From Candidatus Hermodarchaeota archaeon (GTDB taxonomy: Archaea; Asgardarchaeota; Hermodarchaeia; Hermodarchaeales; Hermodarchaeaceae), in contig JAEOTB010000037.1 in assembly GCA_016840065.1 (NCBI GenBank), positions 91,670-111,669 of the forward strand: a DNA stretch of 20,000 nt, read 5' to 3'. The translations under genes were made by a program, and so were the position numbers. Shown in pieces: positions 15,883-20,000 of this stretch. Position 1 is the stretch's first letter, and every line of letters begins with the position of its first letter. Under the pieces are notes generated by a model that was given only the letters and a program-made list of their open reading frames with translations, searched no databases and had not been told where the DNA came from.

Positions 15883-17185
15883 ATGAACTTGGGTTCAAGT
15901 ACGCCTAGTAGTGCTACTACAAAGTATGAAATCCGATGTAAAATAGAAATTAGCGGAGTTGTTGAGACTCCAGATGTCGTTGGAGCGCTCTTTGGTCAAA
16001 CAGAGGGCCTACACTTCATGATACGCGTTTCATGAAGGGGTAATCGGTGAAGATTTAGATCTGAGAGAACTGCAGCAGTCTGGACGAATAGGTCGAATAA
16101 AGGTTGAACTACACTCAGAGGGAGGAAAATCCCGCGGAATAATAGTAATCCCTTGCAGCCTTGACCGTACTGAAACAGCCATTCTTGCAGCGGCATTGGA
16201 GACAGTTGACAGAGTTGGACCGTGTTCAGCGAAAATCACTCTGGAGAAGGTTGAAGATGTCCGTGACTCTAAACGCAAACAGATTATTGATCGAGCTGTG
16301 GCTTTACTGCGTGTATGGGAGGGTGAAACCTCTCCAGGGGCACAGGAGATAACCGATAAAGTTACACGTGAAACGAAGACAGCAGAAATCACTCGATTTA
16401 ATGGGCTTCCTGCGGGTCCTTCTGTTCAAGAATCAGATACAATAATCGTCGTAGAAGGGAGGGCTGATGTCCTCGCATTGCTCCGAGCAGGAATAAAGAA
16501 CGTTGTTGCAGTTGAGGGTACCAGTATTCCTCCTTCCATCATAAAACTAGCAAAAACAAAAACGATTATTGCCTTCCTTGACGGCGATAGGGGTGGCGAC
16601 TTGATTCTTAAAGAATTGTCTCAGGTTACAGATATCAAGTTTGTAGCGCGAGCGCCAGCGGGACGTGAGGTTGAAGAACTTACAACAAAGGAGATAACCA
16701 AAGCTCTTAGAAATAAAGTGCCTGCATCCCAGGTTGTTGGACGGATAAAACGAGGGGTAAGCGAGTCGGCAACAACAAGAGCCTCTTCAACTCCAAAACG
16801 CAGAACTCGCCGAACAACACAGAAAACAACTGCACCGCGGCGAACTGCAACCCGTTCTAAGACCACGACCAGAAGTGTTACACGACCAAAAAGTGGAAGC
16901 ATCCCTAAACCGATTCGAGAATTAGCTGAGAAAATACAAGAGACAATGACTGCAATGATACTCGATAAGGATAAGAAGGTCTTGAAAGAAGTTCATGTCG
17001 CAGAACTGGCTTCAATGCTGCAAGAAATAGAAAAAGCGAAAACAATCATTCTCGATGGTGTAATCACTCAGCGACTGGTAGACATCGCTGGTGAACGTGG
17101 AGTGACCCTAATCATAGGCGCGAGAACCGGTAAAATTGTAAAGAGACCCGTGAAAATCAAGATACACACATTCAACGATTTATGA
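15883..17185 (+). CDS. dnaG: Archaeal DnaG-type primase, interrupted by a 31-nt intron-like insertion (exon 1 15883-16012, exon 2 16044-17185)
   Basis: Exon 1: [43 protein letters not shown]; exon 2: (L)[60 protein letters not shown]...[26 protein letters not shown]...[13 protein letters not shown]. Joined exons total 1272 nt = 424 codons, in frame. The ORF track only shows the 3' part from 16196. Confidence 0.88.
16013..16043 (+). other. Candidate protein-gene BHB intron in dnaG (31 nt)
   Basis: ACTTCATGATACGCGTTTCATGAAGGGGTAA; inner 8-bp helix CTTCATGA/TCATGAAG, central GCCT/GGGT (2 G-U), bulges ACA and AAT. Outer helix is weak. Excision gives GGC CTA C|TC GGT = G-L-L-G. Confidence 0.8.
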
Positions 17186-17276
17186 AGAAAATCCCAATAG
17201 CCAATGAGGAGCAAGGCTTAAATAGCGAGCTACCTCATTTTCGCCTTCAGCCGCATCACATCAAGGAGCCTCCAGT

Positions 17277-17561
17277 ATGTCGAAAAGGAGTATGGAATTT
17301 ACAAGGACTCTACAACTTATTGGACTCTTTTTTGGCTTTAGTGCTGGGGCTGTGGTTTTCCTCAACCTAGTGCTTGATTGGTCTTGGGACCTTGTAGCCG
17401 GCATTTTCTTCACCTCCACGTTATTGCTTTGTGGATTATCTTTTGGTGTCGCGGGTCTTATGACAGAAAACCCTGAAAGAACTCGTAAACTCTTTGGCGA
17501 ATGGCTTGCTGGTAGCGTAGCAGTATTGATTTTCGTCATTACCATTTACGCAATAATTTAG
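17277..17561 (+). CDS. Small hydrophobic (predicted two-TM or more) membrane protein of unknown function
   Basis: 94 aa with hydrophobic stretches LIGLFFGFSAGAVVFLNLVL, LVAGIFFTSTLLLCGLSFGVAGLM and VAVLIFVITIYAII. Confidence 0.6.
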   Translation: MSKRSMEFTRTLQLIGLFFGFSAGAVVFLNLVLDWSWDLVAGIFFTSTLLLCGLSFGVAGLMTENPERTRKLFGEWLAGSVAVLIFVITIYAII

Positions 17562-17699
17562 GGGTAAAATAATAGCTTAATCCACTGAAATAATTCAAGG
17601 AATCAGCAATATATATTTGGCAATTATTGGTTGGCCTTATTCTCCAGTAATTTCACGCCCATAATAGCCCGCTGCTCTCATTTCCTCTTTCAAGAAATA

Positions 17700-17709
17700 A
17701 ATTTATATT
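17700..17709 (+). promoter_or_regulatory. Possible TATA box upstream of the ATPase subunit D gene
   Basis: AATTTATATT 40 nt upstream of the start codon at 17749. Confidence 0.45.
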
Positions 17710-17748
17710 CGTCACGGATTTTACTGAGTGTTTAACTGAGGGGCTCCT

Positions 17749-18408
17749 ATGTCTGCGGTAGATAAGCTAGAGGATATCAAACCAACTCGTATGGAGCTAA
17801 TCGCCCTAAAAGAACGACGTGAGTTAGCAGCACGTGGCTATGAATTGCTCCGAGAGAAACGTGATGCTCTTGTACGCGAGTTCTTTGCAATTCTTTCTGA
17901 AGCGAAAAAGCTGAGAGAAGAAGTTGAAACAACCCTGGACGAAGCGTTCTCATCATTAATGGAGGCAAAACTTGTGGAAGGGGAGATGAAGTTGGAGGGG
18001 CTTGCACTAGGTGCACAGAGCTTCCTCGACTTCGAAGTCACAACACGGAATTTAATGGGTGTTTCGGTTCCAATATTTCGAGTAACTCAGCAAGAAGATC
18101 AGCCTCGTATTCATTATAGTTTGGCTGGTACTTCAGCTGTAGTTGATGCTGCAGCTCAAAAAATCAGAGAGACTCTGGACAAGATTGTAAGACTTGCAGA
18201 AGTCGAAGCCTCGGTAAAACGCCTAGCAGCAGAAATCGAGAAAACTAAAAGACGCGTTAACGCGCTTAACTTCGTTGTTCTCCCGCGAATAAACAACACA
18301 ATCAGGTATATCGAGCTTGCACTGGAGGAAGCTGAAAGAGAGGACCTGTTTAGACTTAAGCGTGTTAAGGCCCTTCTAGAAAGCAAAACCACATCTGAAT
18401 CTGAGTAG
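17749..18408 (+). CDS. atpD: V/A-type ATP synthase subunit D
   Basis: 219 aa; IKPTRMELIALKERRELAARGYELLREKRDALVREFF... and RRVNALNFVVLPRINNTIRYIELALEEAEREDLFRLKRVK are subunit D hallmarks. Confidence 0.95.
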   Translation: MSAVDKLEDIKPTRMELIALKERRELAARGYELLREKRDALVREFFAILSEAKKLREEVETTLDEAFSSLMEAKLVEGEMKLEGLALGAQSFLDFEVTTRNLMGVSVPIFRVTQQEDQPRIHYSLAGTSAVVDAAAQKIRETLDKIVRLAEVEASVKRLAAEIEKTKRRVNALNFVVLPRINNTIRYIELALEEAEREDLFRLKRVKALLESKTTSESE

Positions 18409-18450
18409 ACTCTTTTCGAGGACTTCTCCTAAAGCGACATCTTCTAGGTT

Positions 18451-18840
18451 TCAGCCACCAGTTAGTACGATAATTGCTTTTGCCAAGTTACCTTCAGCTT
18501 GTTGGAGCGCTTCGCGAGCTTGTTCTTCTGTGACTGCTGCTTGGCTAGCCACAAGTTGAACATCTTCCTCTGTAAATGTAGCCTTCGATTCAGTGGGTAC
18601 TTCACTGTCCACATCAGTTGAAGCGGTTGGGGCCCTTTCCACATGTTGACCTATAATCTGGTAAATCGTCTCACCTTGGGCCTGCATCATTACTATTTGA
18701 GGTTCGGAGATGACTAGCTCTTTATTGGGAAAGCGGATTATCACTTCGGTGGCGCCGTCCATTTGCTCATAATCAACACCGGCTTTCCTCATTTGCCGCT
18801 CCATTGAACGGCGTTTAACGCGCCTTTTGACTTTGACCAT
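18451..18840 (-). CDS. nac: Nascent polypeptide-associated complex protein (archaeal NAC with UBA domain)
   Basis: 129 aa; NAC core (AGVDYEQMDGATEVIIRFPNKELVISEPQIVMMQAQGETIYQIIG) and UBA-like C-terminus (EEDVQLVASQAAVTEEQAREALQQAEGNLAKAIIVL). Confidence 0.93.
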   Translation of the reverse strand: MVKVKRRVKRRSMERQMRKAGVDYEQMDGATEVIIRFPNKELVISEPQIVMMQAQGETIYQIIGQHVERAPTASTDVDSEVPTESKATFTEEDVQLVASQAAVTEEQAREALQQAEGNLAKAIIVLTGG

Positions 18841-18946
18841 TTTTTGTCACTCGGATTCGATTGTTATTTTATATTCGGATGGCGTTTGCGAGACAAGTGT
18901 ACTGTTAATTTGAGTAGAGGAATCAGCTTTTTTATTTTATGTTCTG

Positions 18947-19450
18947 CTAACTGAGACCAGCTGATTTTCTGGTATGACGTATTCGAACAGCTGTTCCACG
19001 TGTCAACTCTAGCATTTCTTGGGGGCAGAGATAAGTTTTACCAACTGCAAGGAGTCTGTCTTCTTGATCTACGATAAGCGCTTCATCACGCGCCCTCAAT
19101 TGAGAGTCGACCTGAATTACATGTTTAGCGAAGACACTGCGCCCTTTCCTAATAAAGGGAGAAATCTCATTTGGGACCATTACTCGGTAACGTGGTGATT
19201 GTGATGCCTTATGGAGACGCTCCCCACCCGGAAATGTCAGGACGATACGACCATCTCTTGCTCGGAGGATTGCAAGAAGGTTTCCTTCAAATGAAATATA
19301 TCGAATGCGTCCTGTCCCTCTAGAATATTTAATTTTACATCCATCAGGGAACAAAGATTCTCCAATATCCTCTCCGAATTGGTAATTTGCCACGCCTCTC
19401 ACTTTAAAGAGAGGATTAACCGTAGATGTCAGCGTTGTCTCCTTTCCCAA
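18947..19450 (-). CDS. PUA-domain protein
   Basis: 167 aa; [48 protein letters not shown] and [57 protein letters not shown] (PUA motif). Confidence 0.82.
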   Translation of the reverse strand: MGKETTLTSTVNPLFKVRGVANYQFGEDIGESLFPDGCKIKYSRGTGRIRYISFEGNLLAILRARDGRIVLTFPGGERLHKASQSPRYRVMVPNEISPFIRKGRSVFAKHVIQVDSQLRARDEALIVDQEDRLLAVGKTYLCPQEMLELTRGTAVRIRHTRKSAGLS

Positions 19451-20000
19451 TAGTTTCGCCCAACACCTTAGCTATTGATTTCACAAAGTCGAGGTTTGTA
19501 ACAGTATCACGCAACTCACGAATTGTGAACATACCTGCTTCAGTGCAGATAGCCTTCAAGTCAGCACCTGAGGCGCCGGGGCTTTTTATTGCCAATTGAG
19601 AGAGGTCAACATCTGAGGCGATGTGCATCTTCCGTGTATGAATTTTGAGTATCTGTTCCCGTGCAGCCCTGTCTGGCAGAGGAAACTCAATAATGCGATC
19701 GAAACGACCAGGACGAGTCAATGCTGGGTCAAGTATGTCAGGGCGATTTGTCGCGGCAATAATTCGCACATCACCACGTGGGTCAAAACCGTCTAACATA
19801 CTTAGCAGCTGCATTAAAGTTCGTTGAACCTCGCGATCACCACTAGTGGCGATGTCTAACCGGCGGCTGGCAACCGCGTCCAACTCGTCTATGAAGATGA
19901 TGCTTGGTGCTCGTTTTCTTGCCATGAAAAAGATTTCCCGCACAAGTCGAGCGCCCTCACCAATGAATTTTTGGATCAATTCCGACCCGATAACACGGAT
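19416..20000 (-). CDS. pan: Proteasome-activating nucleotidase (AAA+ ATPase), truncated by window edge
   Basis: Frame open to 20000 ([47 protein letters not shown]...[57 protein letters not shown]...[18 protein letters not shown]). Walker B, SRH and PAN C-terminal region present. Confidence 0.93.
   Translation of the reverse strand: MRVIGSELIQKFIGEGARLVREIFFMARKRAPSIIFIDELDAVASRRLDIATSGDREVQRTLMQLLSMLDGFDPRGDVRIIAATNRPDILDPALTRPGRFDRIIEFPLPDRAAREQILKIHTRKMHIASDVDLSQLAIKSPGASGADLKAICTEAGMFTIRELRDTVTNLDFVKSIAKVLGETIGKGDNADIYG

Noticed and set aside
16013-16043. dnaG disruption as simple frameshift or pseudogene
   Set aside because: The disruption is a discrete 31-nt hairpin-bearing segment with BHB-like junctions whose removal restores conserved residues exactly. 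A random indel would not do this, though RNA data are needed.
16030-16392. 120 aa minus-strand ORF and other antisense ORFs inside dnaG
   Set aside because: Antisense to a clearly conserved primase coding region; shadow ORF.

Overview
This is an archaeal housekeeping window. Protein genes run from the left edge: RNA polymerase A'' (truncated), A' and B, a hydrogenase maturation protease, an EndA-family tRNA-splicing endonuclease subunit, RpiA, a DUF1512-type protein, archaeal PPAT (coaD), a Trm5/Taw2-type methyltransferase, TyrRS, a small Toprim protein, DnaG primase, V/A-ATPase subunit D, NAC, a PUA protein and PAN (truncated at the right edge). Between them lie 8 tRNA genes and a stand-alone 5S rRNA. 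The most striking content is the introns. I can reconstruct about 10 tRNA introns in 7 of the 8 tRNAs, and only 2 sit at the canonical 37/38 site; the rest are at 8/9, in the D-loop, at 30/31, at the variable-loop/T-stem junction and in the T-loop. Several have strict bulge-helix-bulge (BHB) geometry. The dnaG gene is interrupted by a 31-nt hairpin-bearing insertion that breaks the frame. Its removal exactly restores a conserved primase motif, so it looks like an archaeal protein-gene BHB intron. The EndA homologue in the same window appears to lack the catalytic His. A ~300-nt non-coding, highly structured region (about 12858-13185) could not be assigned to a family. All product calls come from my own recognition of motifs in the translations; no database search or folding program was run.
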